From Squalus acanthias (lineage: Eukaryota): a stretch of DNA of 64,000 bases. The stretch is taken from positions 124,001-188,000 of the forward strand of contig JASTWF010000036.1 of assembly GCA_030390025.1 (NCBI GenBank). The letters are read 5' to 3'. The notes below the pieces were generated by a model, which had not been told where the DNA came from, ran no database searches, and was given only the letters and a program-made list of their open reading frames with translations. Below, one piece after another: positions 24,150 through 37,671 of this stretch. Each line of letters begins with the position of its first letter. Position 1 is the stretch's first letter. The translations under genes and the position numbers were made by a program.

Positions 24150-26532
24150 AACGCTCCCCCCTCCTTATACTCTGCTGCCCCATGTCCTAACTCGCGCAGA
24201 GCCCTGTTCACCCATCACCCCACCCTGTGCTCGCTGACCTACACTGGCTCCCGGTCCGGCAACGCCTCGATTTTAAAATTCTCATCCTCATGTTCAACCT
24301 CGCCCACCTCCCTATCTCTGTAACCTCCTCCAGCCCCTACAACCCTCCCTATCTCTGTAACCTCCTCCAGCCCCTACAACCCTCCCTATCTCTGTAACCT
24401 CCTCCAGCCCCCTACAACCCTCCCTATCTCTGTAACCTTCTCCAGCCCCCTACAACCCTCCCTATCTCTGTAACCTCCTCCAGCCCCTACAACCCTCCCT
24501 ATCTCTGTAACCTCCTCCAGCCCCTACAACCCTCCCTATCTCTGTAACCTCCTCCAGCCCCCTACAACCCTCCCTATCTCTGTAACCTCCTCCAGCCCCC
24601 TACAACCCTCCCTATCTCTGTAACCTCCTCCAGCCCCTACAGCCCTCCCTATCTCTGTAACCTCCTCCAGCCCCCTACAACCCTCCCTATCTCTGTAACC
24701 TCCTCCAGCACCCTATAACCATCCCTATCTCTGTAACCTCCTCCAGCCCCTACAACCCTCCCTATCTCTGTAACCTCCTCCAGCCCCTACAACGCTCCCT
24801 ATCTCTGTAACCTCCTCCAGCCCACTACAACCCTCCCTATCTCTGTAACCTCCTCCAGCCCCTACAACACTCCCTATCTCTGTAACCTCCTCCAGCCCCT
24901 ACACCCCTCCCTATCTCTGTAAACTCCTCCAGCCCCCTACAACCCTCCCTATCTCTGTAACCTCCTCCAGCCCCCTGCAACCCTCCCTATCTCTGTAACC
25001 TCCTCCAGCCCCCTGCAACTCTCCCTATCTCTGTAACCTCCTCCAGCCCCTACAACCCTCCCTATCTCTGTAACCTCCTCCAGCCCCTACAACCCTCCCT
25101 ATCTCTGTAACCTCCTCCAGCCCCTACTACCCTCCCTATCTCTGTAACCTCCTCCAGCCCCCTACAGCCCTCCCTATCTCTGTAACCTCTTCCAGCCCCC
25201 TACAACCCTCCCTATCTCGGTAACCTCCTCCAGCCCCTACAACCCTCCCTATCTCTGTAACCTCCTCCAGCCCCTACTACCCTCCCTATCTCTGTAACCT
25301 CCTCCAGCCCCCTACAGCCCTCCCTATCTCTGTAACCTCTTCCAGCCCCCGACAACCCTCCCTATCTCTGTAACCTCCTCCAGCCCCTACAACCCTCCCT
25401 ATCTCTGTAACCTCCTCCAGCCGCTACAACCCTCCCTATCTCTGTAACCTCCTCCAGCCCCCTACAACCCTCCGAGATCTCTGCTCTCCTCCAATTCTGG
25501 TCTCTTGAGCATCCCCTCCGATTATAATCGCTCCACCATTGGCGGCCGTGCCCTCAGCCGCCTGGGCCCTAAGCTCTGGAATTCCCTCCCTAAACCTCTC
25601 CGCCTCTCTCTCTCTCTCTCCTCCTTTAAGACGCTCCTTAAAAACCTCCCTCTTTGACCAAGCTTTTGGTCACCTGTCCCTAATGGCCCAAAAATTAGTG
25701 AGTGAGCCTTCGTGCGAGGGTAAGGCTTCCCCGCGATCTCTCACTGCGCGCTGGCTTTTTTATTCCCAGCTCGCACGAACTTGATGTTCTGGACAGCAGC
25801 TGTGCTGGGCTTTCGTATCCCACAGGCGCAGTTAATTCGTGCGAGCTGTGGGATCACGTGACTCAGTTAGAGCCAATGGCAGCACACCATCTTTCATTCA
25901 CAGCTTTCACAGCACGGCTGTGAAAGCTATGAATACTATACCCCCCCAAAAGAACAGCTAAACCTCAATTAAATTAAAAAAAAACCCCATCACATTAATA
26001 AAATAAGTATAGTTAAATAAATTAACCATTTTAAACAAAAAATTAAATTTTTGAAAAAATTTTAAATCTTTTAAAAAGTTATAAAAATAAACTTACCTGT
26101 CTTTAAAGTCTCTAAAAAAGATATACCTGTTAAAAAAAATTCAAAATAATACTTAATTAACTACTTACCTTGTTAAAAGAGGGTCTTACGCCTCCTTTCT
26201 TTATGTCTAAAATGTTCCATGCTTACCTGCGCGTTCAAAGCACTAAGTGCACTGTGTGCGCGCAGCCTGTAGCGCGCACGCGGTTCACCTAGGAACCGCC
26301 CCCTTTTGAATTCACCAAGTGCCGGTTTTCAGCGCATGCGCAGTGCATGCAGAAAACCGGCAATTGGAGACAGAATACGCGAGAGTACCCAGTGCGTACT
26401 CTCGCGTAGCGGCACTAATTTTTGGGCCATTATCTCCTTATGTGGCTCGGTGTCAAATTTCTGTCTTAAAATACTCCTGTGAAGCACCTTGGCTGTTTTA
26501 CTACGTTAAAGGCGCTGTATAATTGGGAGTTG
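24150..26532 (+). mobile_element. L2-like LINE 3' end with 37-38 bp minisatellite (24307-25470) and inserted MITE
   Basis: Reverse complement of the 4896-6640 and 57310-60695 elements; tail ...gtgaagcaccttgg...aaaggcgctgtataaat resembles the SINE tail. Confidence 0.7.
25685..26428. mobile_element. Non-autonomous Harbinger-like element, copy 2
   Basis: Perfect TIR GGCCCAAAAATTAGTG / CACTAATTTTTGGGCC; AAT/ATT flanks; interrupts the LINE 3'UTR. Confidence 0.8.
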
Positions 26533-26600
26533 TAAATTTTCAGTTTCTCTGAGCGAGTTGTCTTGTTTTATTTTTCTGTGCTCTGTCTCTCCATTCCCAG

Positions 26601-26708
26601 GTGGACAGTGACACTGTCTGGAACGAGATGCATTCATCGAACGCAGCTCGGATGGCAGTGGGATGTGTCGTCGAGTTGGCTTTCAAGGTGGCCTCGGGAG
26701 AGCTCAAG
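26601..26708 (+). CDS. HDAC7: HDAC7 deacetylase domain exon
   Basis: cccag|...AAG|gtacca; [36 protein letters not shown]. Confidence 0.96.
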
Positions 26709-26879
26709 GTACCAGCGCACATCGGGGCAGGATTCATTTGACCGTGTGTGGCATCACGGCGGTCGATAACCGCGCGTGCCAGTGCTCTACAAAGTGGGGG
26801 GAGGGGGTAGTCGCGGGATAGCAGTCAGGGGCGGGAACCCTGAACTAATTACCTCCACTTTCCACCTTGCCTCACCTCC

Positions 26880-27460
26880 TTGGGATTCTGTACAGTGGGA
26901 GTGTGAATGGGAAGAGGTTGGGTCCATTGGGATTCTGTTCAGTGGGAGCGAATGGGAAGAGATTGGGTCTATTGGGATTCTGTACAGTGGGAGCGAATGG
27001 GAAGAGATTGGGTCTATTGGGATTCTGTACAGTGGGAGAGAATGGGAAGGGAGAGGGTCCATTGGGATTGTGTAGAATGGGAGTGAATGGGAAGGGGTTG
27101 GGTCCATTGGGATTCTGTACAGTGGGAGTGAATGGGAAGGGAGTGGGTCCATTGGGATTCTGTACAGTGGGAGTGAATGGGAAGGGAGTGGGTCCATTGG
27201 GATTCTGTACAGTGGGAGTGAATGGGAAGGGATTGGGTCCATTGGGATTATGTACAACGGGAGTGGATGGGAAGGGGTTGGGTCCTTTGGGATTCTGTAC
27301 AACGGGAGTGGATGGGAAGGGGTTGGGTCCATTGGGATTGTGTACAACGGGAGTGAATGGGAAGGGGTTGGGTCCATTGGGATTGTGTACAACGGGAGTG
27401 AATGGGAAGGGGTTGGGTCCATTGGGATTGTGTACAACGGGAGTGAATGGGAAGGGGTAT
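26880..27460. repeat. 44-45 bp minisatellite, G-rich orientation
   Basis: tgggattctgtacagtgggagtgaatgggaaggggttgggtccat. Confidence 0.93.
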
Positions 27461-27551
27461 GGATCACTCACCCAGTCCAAGAAGGTATTAGAAAATAATT
27501 TTGAGGGATCACTGTGGAACATTCTTTTCTCCATTTGTGTTTCTCTTTCAG

Positions 27552-27607
27552 AACGGTTTCGCAATCGTGAGACCCCCGGGGCATCACGCGGAGTCCTCCA
27601 CTGCGAT
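27552..27607 (+). CDS. HDAC7: HDAC7 exon with catalytic His-His
   Basis: ttcag|...AT|gtgagt; NGFAIVRPPGHHAESSTAM. Confidence 0.96.
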
Positions 27608-27865
27608 GTGAGTTGACTTTCGCCCGTGAGCTGTTTAATCCATGGTCATTTGCCTTAATCTCAAGTGTGGGGGGGTGGGGGGGAGGGGGCGTTGGAATAC
27701 ACAGGGGAGGAAGACAACCTTCAGTTGTACAGAGCTCTGCTTAGACCCCCTCTGGAGCGATTGCGTTCAGTTCGGGGCCCCGCACCTCAGGAAGGATAGA
27801 TTGGCTTTGGAGGGGGAGCAGCACAGATTCACCAGAATGATACCCCGGGGGCTAAAAGAGGTTAT

Positions 27866-29392
27866 CATAGAAAACATAGAAGATAGGAGCAGGAGTTGGC
27901 CATTCGGCCCCTCGAGCCTGCTCCGCCATTCGATGAGATCATGGCTGATCATCCAAACTCAGTACCCTGTCCCTGCTTTCTCCCCATATCCCTTGATACC
28001 TTTAGCTTTAAGAAATATATCTAACTCATTCTTGAATATATTTAATGACTTGGCCTCAACTACCTTCTGTGGTAGAGAATTCCACAGGTTCACCACTCTC
28101 TGGGTGAAGAAATTCTTCCTCATTTCTGTCCTAAATGGCTTACCCGTTATCCTTAGATTATGACCCCTGGTTCTGGACTCTCCGACCATCGGGAACATTC
28201 TTCCTGCGTCTAGTTTGTCCAGACCTGTCAGAATTTTATATGTTTCGATGAGATCCCCTCTCATTCTTCTATACTCCAGCGAGTATAAGCCCAATCGACC
28301 CAATCTCTCCTCATATGTCATTCCTGCCATCCCAGGTATCAGCCTTGTGAATCTTCGCTGAACTCCTTCCATGGCAAGAACATCCTTCCTCAGATAAGGC
28401 GACCAAAACTGCACACAATACTCAAGGTGTGGTCTCACCAAGGCCCTGTACAACTGCAGCAAGACCTCCTTGCTCCTGTACTCAAACCCTTTCGCCATGA
28501 AGGCCAACATACCATTTGCCTTCTTCACCGCCTGCTGCACCTGCATGCTTACCTTCAGCGACTGGTGCACAAGGACACCCAGGTCTCGTTGCACTTCCCC
28601 TTTTCCCAATCTATTGCCATTCAGATAATAGTCTGCCTTTCTGTTTTTGACACCAAAGTGGATAACCTCGCATTTATCCACGTTATATTGCATCTGCACA
28701 GGAGGAGGCCATTCGGCCCATCGTGCCTGTGCCGGCTCTTTGAACGAGCTCTCCAATTAGTCCCACTCTCCCCCCTGCTCTTTCCCCCGTAGCCCTGTGA
28801 ATTTTTCCCCTTCAAGTATTTATCCAATTCCCCTTTTGAAAGTTACTATTAAATCTGCTCCCACCGCCCTTTCAGGCAGCGCGTTCCAGATCACAACAAC
28901 TCGCTGCGGAAAAACATTCTCCTCATCTCCCCCCTCTTGCTTTTTTGACAAATGTTTTAAATTACGAGGACAGGTTGTACAGACGAGGCTTGTGTTCCCT
29001 CGAGTGTAGAAGATTAAGGGGTTGATCTGATCGAAGTGTTTAAGATGATTAAAGGATTCAATGGGGTCGATAGAGAGAGAAACGATTTCCTCTGGTGGGG
29101 GGAGTCCAGAACAAGGGGGGGGCGTAACCTTAAAATTAGAGCCAGGCCGTTCATGGGTGATGTCAGGAAGCACTTCTTCACACAAAGGCTAGTGGAAATC
29201 TGGAACTCTCTCCCCCAAAAAGCTGTCGAGGCTGGGGGTCAATTGATAATTTCAAGACTGGGATTGATAGATTTTTGTTGGGTAAGGGTTACGGAACCAA
29301 GGCGGGTAGATGCAGTCAAGATACAGATCGGCCATAATCTGATTGAATGGCGGGACAGGCTCGAGGGGCTGAATGGCCTCCTCCTGTTCCTG
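27866..29392. mobile_element. Cluster of CR1 fragments (27866-28694 -, about 28697-28945 -, about 28960-29392 +)
   Basis: QYNVDKCEVIHFG...RPHLEYCVQFWSP...FFTQRVVNLWNSLP. Confidence 0.88.
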
Positions 29393-30840
29393 TGCAACAG
29401 GCTCGAGGTGGCTGAATGGCCTCCTCCTGTTCCTAACGTAACAGGCTCGAGGGGCTGAATGGCCTCCTCCTGTTCCTGTGTAACAGGCTCGAGGGGCTGA
29501 ATGGCCTCCTCCTGATCCTGATGTAACAGGTTCGAGGGGCTGAATGGCCTCCGCCTGATCCTGATGTAACAGGTTCGAGGGGGGCTGAATGGCCTCCTCC
29601 TGTTCCTAATGTAACAGGCTCGGGAGGGGCTGAATGGCCTCCTCCCGTTCCTAATGTAACAGGCTCGATGTGGGCTGAATGGCCTCCTCCTGTTCCATAT
29701 GTAACAGGCTCGAGGGGGGCTGAATGGCCTCCTCCTGTTCCTGATGTAACAGGCTCGAGGAGGGCTGAATGGCCTCCTCCTGTTCCTAATGTAACAGGCT
29801 CGAGGGGGGCTGAATGGCCTCCTCCTGTTCCTAATGTAACAGGCTCGAGGGGGCTGAATGGCCTCCTCCTGTTCCTAATGTAACAGGCTCGAGGGGGGCT
29901 GAATGGCCTCCTCCTGTTCCTGTGTAACAGGCTCAAGGGGCTGAATGGCTTCCTCCTGTTCCTAATGTAACAGGCTCGAGGGGGCTGAATGTCCTCCTCC
30001 TGTTACTAATGTAACAGGCTCGAGGGGGCTGAACGGCCTCCTCCTGTTCCTAATGTAACAGGCTCGAGGGGGGCTGAATGGCCTCCTCCTGTTCCTAATG
30101 TAACAGGCTCGAGGGGGGCTGAATGGCCTTCTCCTGTTCCTAATGTAACAGGCTCGAGGGGGCTGAATGGCCTCCTCCTGTTCCTAATGTAACAGGCTCG
30201 AGGTGGGCTGAATGGCCTCCTCCTGTTCCTAATGTAACAGGCTCGAGGAGGCTGAATGGCCTCCTCCTTTTCCAATGTAACAGGCTCGAGGGGGCTGAAT
30301 GGCCTCCTCCTGTTCCTAATGTAACAGACTCGAGGAGGGGCTGAATGGCCTCCTCCTGTTCCTAATGTAACAGACTCGAGGGGGGCTGAATGGCCTCCTC
30401 CTGTTCCTAATGTAACAGGCTCGAGGAGGGGCTGAATGGCCTCCTCCTGTTCCTAATGTAACAGGCTCGAGTGGGGCTGAATGGCCTCCTCCTGTTCCTA
30501 ATGTAACAGGCTCGAGGAGGGGCTGAATGGCCTCCTCCTGTTCCTAATGTAACAGGCTCGAGTGGGGCTGAATGGCCTCCTCCTGTTCCAAATGTAACAG
30601 GCTCGAGTGGGGCTGAATGGCCTCCTCCTGTTCCAAATGTAACAGGCTCGAGTGGGGCTGAATGGCCTCCTCCTGTTCCAAATGTAACAGGCTCAAGGGG
30701 GCTGAATGGCCTCCTCCTGTTCCTAATGTAACAGGCTCGAGGGGGCTGAATGGCCTCCTCCTGTTCCAAATGTAACAGGCTCAAGGGGGCTGAATGGCCT
30801 CCTCCTGTTCCTAGTGTAACAGGCTCGAGGGGGGCTGAGT
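29355..30840 (+). repeat. About 43-46 bp minisatellite amplified from a CR1 3'UTR end
   Basis: aggctcgaggggctgaatggcctcctcctgttcctaatgtaac, contiguous with the CR1 3' end. Confidence 0.92.
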
Positions 30841-31088
30841 GGAGCTATCAAGGCTGAGATTTTTGTTGGGTAAGGGGCTCGAGGGATGCGGAGCAGAGGC
30901 GGGGAGATCGAGTTGAGGTACAGACCAGCCGTGATCTAAAGCAAGTGTAGTTCCAAAGATCGCCGCCTCCATTTTGGCTGAAGTCTTCACTTCGACCTGT
31001 TTCATTGAGACTGGGAGGTTTGTTGGTTGACTCCTTGCACTTTGCCCCTCCTGAGTATTTCATTGTCCCCTTCCTGCCTCCTTCACAG

Positions 31089-31176
31089 GGGATTCTGTTT
31101 CTTTAATTCCGTCGCCATCGCAGCCAAACAGCTGCTACAGAAGTCGAACGCCGGCAAGATCCTGATTGTGGATTGG
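31089..31176 (+). CDS. HDAC7: HDAC7 deacetylase domain exon
   Basis: cacag|...TGG|gtgagt; GFCFFNSVAIAAKQLLQKSNAGKILIVDW. Confidence 0.96.
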
Positions 31177-31182
31177 GTGAGT

Positions 31183-34100
31183 GACCCAACCCTTCCCGTT
31201 CACTCCCACTGTACACAATCCCACTGGACCCAACCCTTCCCGTTCACTCCCACTGTACACAATCCCACTGAACCCAACCCTTCCCGTTCACTCCCGTCAT
31301 ACACAATCCCACTGGACCCACCCCTTCCCGTTCACTCCCGTCATACACAATCCCACTGGACCCACCCCTTCCCGTTCACCCTCGTCATACAGAATCCCAA
31401 TGGACCCACCCCTTCCCGTTCACTCCCACTGTACACAATCCCACTGGACCCACCCCTTCCCGTTCACTCCCGTCATACACAATCCCACTGGACCCAACCC
31501 CTTCCCGTTCACTCCCGTCATACACAATCCTACTGGACCCAACCCCTTCCCGTTCACTCCCGTCATACACAATCTCACTGAACCAACCCTTCCCGTTCAC
31601 TCCCGTCATACACAATCCCACTGGACCCAACCCTTCCCGTTCACTCCCGTCATACACAATCCCACTGGACCCACCCCTTCCCGTTCACTCCCACTGTACA
31701 CAATCCCACTGAACCAAACCCTTCCCGTTCACTCCCGTCATACACAATCCCACTGGACCCACCCCTTCCCGTTCACTCCCGTCATACACAATCCCACTGG
31801 ACCCACCCCTTCCCGTTCACCCTCGTCATACAGAATCCCAATGGACCCACCCCTTCCCGTTCACTCCCGTCATACACAATCCTACTGGACCCAACCCCTT
31901 CCCGTTCACTCCCGTCATACACAATCTCACTGAACCAACCCTTCCCGTTCACTCCCGTCATACACAATCCCACTGGACCCAACCCTTCCCGTTCACTCCC
32001 GTCATACACAATCCCACTGGACCCACCCCTTCCCGTTCACTCCCGTCATACACAATCCTACTGGACCCAACCCCTTCCCGTTCACTCCCGTCATACACAA
32101 TCCCACTGGACCCACCCCTTCCCGTTCACTCCCGTCATACACAATCCCACTGGACCCACCCCTTCCCGTTCACTCCCGTCATACAGAATCCCACTGGACC
32201 CAACCCCTTCCCGTTCACTCCCGTCATACACAATCCTACTGGACCCACCCCTTCCCGTTCACTCCTCGTCATACACAATCCCACTGACCCACCCCTTCCC
32301 GTTCACTCCCGTCATACACAATCCCACTGGACCCAACCCCTTCCCGTTCACTCCCGTCATACACAATCTCACTGAACCAACCCTTCCCGTTCACTCCCGT
32401 CATACACAATCCCACTGGACCCAACCCTTCCCGTTCACTCCCGTCATACACAATCCACTGGACCCACCCCTTCCCGTTCACTCCCGTCATACACAATCCT
32501 ACTGGACCCAACCCCTTCCCGTTCACTCCCGTCATACACAATCCCAATGGACCCACCCCTTCCCGTTCACTCCCGTCATACACAATCCTACTGGACCCAA
32601 CCCCTTCCCGTTCACTCCCGTCATACACAATCCCACTGGACCCAACCCCTTCCCGTTCACTCCCGTCATACACAATCCCACTGGACCCACCCCTTCCCGT
32701 TCACTCCCGTCATACACAATCCCACTGAACCAACCCCTTCCCGTTCACTCCCGTCATACACAATCCCACTGGACCAACCCCTTCCCGTTCACTCTCGTCA
32801 TACACAATCCCACTGGACCAACCCCTTCCCGTTCACTCCCGTCATACACAATCCCAATGGACCCAACCCCTTCCCGTTCACTCCCGTCATACACAATCCC
32901 ACTGGACCAACCCCTTCCCGTTCACTCCCGTCATACACAATCCCACTGGACCAACCCCTTCCCGTTCACTCCCGTCATACACAATCCCAATGGACCCAAC
33001 CCCTTCCCGTTCACTCCCGTCATACACAATCCCACTGGACCAACCCCTTCCCGTTCACTCCCGTCATACACAATCCCACTGGACCCACCCCTTCCCGTTC
33101 ACTCCCGTCATACACAATCCCACTGGACCCACCCCCTTCCCGTTCACTCCCGTCATACACAATCCCACTGGACCAAACCCTTCCCGTTCACTCCCGTCAT
33201 ACACAATCCCAATGGACCCAACCCCTTCCCGTTCACTCCCGTCATACACAATCCCACTGGACCCACCCCTTCCCGTTCACTCCCATCGTACACAATCCCA
33301 ATGGACCCAACCCCTTCCCGTTCACTCCCGTCGTACACAATCCCACTGGACCCAACCCCTTCCCGTTCACTCCCGTCATACACAATCCCACTGGACCCAA
33401 CCCCTTCCCGTTCACCCTCGTCATACACAATCCCAATGGACCAAACCTTTCCCGTTCACTCCCGTCATACACAATCCCACTGGATCCACCCCTTCCCGTT
33501 CACTCCCGTCGTACACAATCCCAATGGACCCAACCCTTCCTGTTCACTCCCGTCATACACAATCCCACTGGACCCACCCCTTCCCGTTCACTCCCGTCGT
33601 ACACAATCCCACTGGACCCAACCCTTCCCGTTCACTCCCACTGTACAGAATCCCACTGGACCCACCCCTTCCCGTTCACTCCCGTCGTACACAATCCCAC
33701 TGGACCCAACCCTTCCCGTTCACTCCCACTGTACAGAATCCCACTGGACCCACCCCTTCCCGTTCACTCCCGTCATACACAATCCCACTGGACCCACCCC
33801 TTCCCGTTCACTCCCGTCATACACAATCCCAATGGACCCACCCCTTCCCGTTCACTCCCGTCATACACAATCCCACTGGTCCCAATCCCTTCCCGTTCAC
33901 TCCCGTCATACACAATCCCACTGGACCCACCCCTTCCCGTTCACTCCCGTCATACACAATCCCACTGGACCCACCCCTTCCCGTTCACTCCCGTCATACA
34001 CAATCCCACTGGACCCACCCTTTCCCGTTCACTCCCGTCATACACAATCCCAATGGACCCAACCCCTTCCCGTTCACTCCCGTCATACACAATCCCACTG

Positions 34101-37100
34101 GACCCAACCCTTCCCGTTCACTCCCGTCATACACAATCCCAATGGACCCAACCCTTCCCGTTCACTCCCGTCATACACAATCCCACTGGACCAACCCCTT
34201 CCCGTTCACTCCCGTCATACACAATCCCACTGGACCCAACCCTGCCCGTTCACTCCCGTCATACACAATCCCACTGGACCCAACCCTTCCCGTTCACTCC
34301 CGTCATACACAATCCCACTGGACCCAACCCTTCCCGTTCACTCCCGTCATACACAATCCCACTGGACCCAACCCTTCCCGTTCACTCCCGTCATACACAA
34401 TCCCACTGGACCCACCCCTTCCCGTTCACTCCCGTCATACACAATCCCAATGGACCCACCCCTTCCCGTTCACTCCCGTCATACACAATCCCACTGGACC
34501 CAACCCCTTCCCGTTCACTCCCGTCATACACAATCCCACTGGACCCACCCCTTCCCGTTCACTCCCGTCATACACAATCCCACTGGACCCAACCCTTCCC
34601 GTTCACTCCCGTCATACACAATCCCACTGGACCCACCCCTTCCCGTTCACTCCCGTCATACACAATCCCACTGGACCCACCCCTTCCCGTTCACTCCCGT
34701 CATACACAATCCCACTGGACCCACCCCTTCCCGTTCACTCCCGTCATACACAATCCCACTGGACCCAACCCTTCCCGTTCACTCCCGTCATACACAATCT
34801 CACTGGACCCAACCCCTTCCCGTTCACTCCCGTCATACACAATCCCACTGGACCCACCCCTTCCCGTTCACTCCCGTCATACACAATCCCACTGGACCCA
34901 CCCCTTCCCGTTCACTCCCGTCATACACAATCCCACTGGACCCACCCCTTCCCGTTCACTCCCGTCATACACAATCCCAATGGACCCAACCCTTCCCGTT
35001 CACTCCCGTCATACACAATCCCACTGGACCAACCCCTTCCCGTTCACTCCCGTCATACACAATCCCACTGGACCCAACCCTGCCCGTTCACTCCCGTCAT
35101 ACACAATCCCACTGGACCCAACCCTTCCCGTTCACTCCCGTCATACACAATCCCACTGGACCCAACCCTTCCCGTTCACTCCCGTCATACACAATCCCAC
35201 TGGACCCAACCCTTCCCGTTCACTCCCGTCATACACAATCCCACTGGACCCACCCCTTCCCGTTCACTCCCGTCATACACAATCCCAATGGACCAAACCT
35301 TTCCCGTTAACTCCCGTCATACACAATCCCAATGGACCCAACCCCTTCCCGTTCACTCCCGTCATACACAATCCCACTGGACCCACCCCTTCCCGTTCAC
35401 TCCCGTCATACACAATCCCAATGGACCCAACCCCTTCCCGTTCACTCCCGTCATACACAATCCCAATGGACCCACCCCTTCCCGTTCACTCCCGTCATAC
35501 ACAATCCCACTGGACCCAACCCTTCCCGTTCACTCCCGTCGTACAGAATCCCACTGGACCCAACCCCTTCCTGTTCACACCCATTGTACAGAATCCCAAT
35601 GGACCCAACCCCTTCCCGTTCACTCCCGTCATACACAATCCCACTGGACCCACCCCTTCCCGTTCACTCCCGTCATACACAATCCCACTGGACCCACCCC
35701 TTCCCGTTCACTCCCGTCATACACAATCCCAATGGACCCAACCCCTTCCCGTTCACTCCCGTCATACAGAATCCCACTGGACCCACCCCTTCCCGTTCAC
35801 TCCCGTCATACACAATCCCAATGGACCCAACCCTTTCCCGTTCACTCCCGTCATACACAATCCCACTGGACCCACCCCTTCCCATTCACTCCCGTCATAC
35901 ACAATCCCAATGGACCCAACCCCTTCCCGTTCACTCCCGTCATACACAATCCCACTGGACCCACCCCCTTCCCGTTCACTCCCGTCATACACAATCCCAC
36001 TGGACCCACCCCTTCCCGTTCACTCCCGTCATACACAATCCCACTGGACCCACCCCTTCCCGTTCACTCCCGTCATACACAATCCCACTGGACCCACCCC
36101 TTCCCGTTCACTCCCGTCATACAGAATCCCACTGGACCCACCCCTTCCCGTTCACTCCCGTCGTACAGAATCCCAATGGACCCAACCCCTTCCCGTTCAC
36201 TCCCGTCATACACAATCCCACTGGACCCACCCCTTCCCGTTCACTCCCGTCATACACAATCCCACTGGACCCACCCCTTCCCGTTCACTCCCGTCATACA
36301 GAATCCCAATGGTCCCAATCCCTTCCTGTTCACACCCATTGTACACAATCCCAATGGACCCAACCCCTTCCCGTTCACTCCCACTCTACAGAATCCCAAT
36401 GGACCCAACCCCTTCCCGTTCACTCCCGTTGTACAGAATCCCAATGGACCCAACCCCTTCCCATTGACTCCCACTGTACACAATCCCAATGGACCCAACC
36501 CCTTCCCATTCACTCTCATTGTACAGAATCCCAATGGACCCAACCCCTTCCCATTCACTCTCATTGTACAGAATCCCAATGGACCAACCCCTTCCCGATC
36601 ACTCCCGTCGTTAAGAATCCCAATGGACCCAACCCCTTCCCGTTCACTCCCACTGTACAGAATCCCAATGGACCCAACCCTTCCCATTCACTCCCACTGT
36701 ACAGAATCCCAATGGTCCCAATCCCTTCCCATTCACTCCCATTGTACACAATCCCAATGGACCAACCCCTTCCCATCCACTCCCATTGTACAGAATCCCA
36801 ATGGACCCAACCCCTTCCCGTTCACTCCCACTGTACAGAATCCCAATGGACCCAACCCTTCCCATTCACTCCCATTGTACAGAATCCCAATGGACCAACC
36901 CCTTCCCATCCACTCCCACTGTACACAATCCCAATGGACCCAACCCCTTCCCATTCACTCCCACTATAAACAATCCCAATGGACCCGACCCCTTCCCATT
37001 CACTCCCACTGTACAGAATCCCAATGGACCCAACCCCTTCCCATTCACTCCCACTGTACACAATCCCAATGGACCCAACCCTTTCCCATTCACTCCCACT

Positions 37101-37635
37101 GTACAGAATCCCAATGGACCCAACCCCTTCCCATTCACTCCCATTGTACAGAGTCCCACTGGACCCACGCCTTCCCATTCACTCCCACTGTACAGAATCC
37201 CAATGGACCCAACCCCTTCCCATTCACTCCCACTGTACAGAATCCCAATGGACCCAACCCCCTTCCCGTTCACTCCCACTGTACAGAATCCCAATGGACC
37301 AAACCCCTTCCCATTCACTCCCACTCTACAGAATCCCAATGGACCCAACCCCTTCCCATTCACTCCCACTGTACAGAATCCCAATGGACCAAACCTCTTC
37401 CCATTCACTCTCACTGTACAGAATCCCAATGGACCAAACCCCTTCCCGATCACTCCCATTGTACACAATCCCAATGGACCAAACCCTTCCCATTCACTCC
37501 CACTGTACACAATCCCAATGGACCAAACCCCTTCCCATTCACTCCCACTGTACAGAATCCCAATGGACCAAACCCCTTCCCATTCACTCCCACTGTACAG
37601 AATCCCAATGGACCCAACCCCTTCCCATTCACACT
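31183..37635. repeat. 44-45 bp minisatellite, C-rich orientation, about 6.4 kb
   Basis: cccttcccgttcactcccgtcatacacaatcccactggacccac. Confidence 0.95.
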
Positions 37636-37671
37636 CACATAGCTGTGGACACCGCTCTAATGCCTCACTCA

